Shown here: positions 63,464 through 64,000 of the stretch, one piece after another | How the letters are laid out: each line of letters starts with the position of its first letter | Position numbering within the stretch: position 1 is the first letter of the stretch | Assembly (NCBI GenBank): GCA_050575255.1 | Contig: JBNZDD010013610.1 | Coordinates: forward strand, 1,720,366-1,784,365 | From: Harriotta raleighana | Taxonomy: Eukaryota | Direction: 5' to 3' | Length of the DNA: 64,000 nt | The notes under the pieces: generated by a model | Databases searched by the model: none | What the model was told of the DNA's origin: nothing | What the model saw: only the letters and a program-made list of their open reading frames with translations | Made by a program: the position numbers and the translations under genes

Positions 63464-64000
63464 ATATTTTGAATGATGAAAGACAGGGCATGTATCCCAG
63501 GATTTGTCTGGGCTGGAGAGGTCAGCTGAATGTTGAGAGAGTACTTTTGATACACCAGATAGCTAAAATTGATTCAAGAAAGCTGCTAAAAAAAAACATG
63601 ATTGACTTTACACTCAACACAGTTGTGTGACTCAACAGCTGTAGTTAAAGCTGAATGACTTACTGCCACAGTGTCTATAATTCCAAAGTCGTTATCCAAA
63701 CTTTTCTGAATTGGCTTTTAATTTCATTTATTGACTGATGATCTGAATGTGTATTTACCTTCAGAGCTGTCATTCGGCCACCTGAGGGCAGCTTGGCTCA
63801 GGGCCTGCGGATATGACAGAGGAGTGTGGCTATTGTCACACCCGGGCAAATGCCTGTCAGCTCCGAAATACAAATGCCGCAAAGGAGCACGAAAGCTTCT
63901 CTGGGGAGGAGTAGCTGGGAGTCCGTTGTGTGTCACGCTGGCTCAGTTGGTTGACGTTTTCGCTCTCGGAGTAATTCAACCTGGACAGGACAGCAAGAAA

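Larger units (their letters stand above)
9262..64000 (+). other. ZFHX3: Large ZFHX3 intron (3' end apparently outside window)
   Basis: Starts GTAAGC; no recognisable next exon (HLQ..CYYHCVLCNYSTKAKLNL-type) found by eye; the equivalent mammalian intron is also tens of kb. Confidence 0.8.

Noticed and set aside
38-63936. All other short ORFs in the track
   Set aside because: No recognisable domains, low-complexity or repeat-derived, many with non-ATG starts; expected by chance in intronic DNA.
1-64000. CRISPR array, operon or prokaryotic defence system
   Set aside because: Spliced vertebrate locus; no regularly spaced repeat-spacer structure or gene-dense region.

Overview
Vertebrate genomic DNA, most likely a cartilaginous fish (chimaera/elephant-shark-like, inferred from the SINE/LINE content). 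The window lies inside a ZFHX3 (ATBF1) orthologue on the + strand. Only one coding exon is visible: 8765-9261, 497 bp, encoding three zinc fingers. It has >8.7 kb of upstream intron and >54 kb of downstream intron in which I found no next exon. The introns carry tRNA-derived Deu-domain SINEs with L2-type tails, 5'-truncated L2 and CR1 LINE remnants, two copies of a Tc1/mariner-type MITE, microsatellites, and many repeat-free TAAT-rich blocks that look like conserved enhancers. Four single-N junctions with duplicated flanks and one 72-N gap are assembly artefacts. I found no convincing new protein-coding system. The best leads are non-coding: (1) a recurring ~60-nt element consisting only of the L2 3' stem-loop, (2) an inverted pair of these elements covering the exon's branch-point region, and (3) a degenerate minimal hammerhead-ribozyme-like motif. 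Family names come from recalled consensus sequences, not searches, and repeat and enhancer boundaries are approximate.
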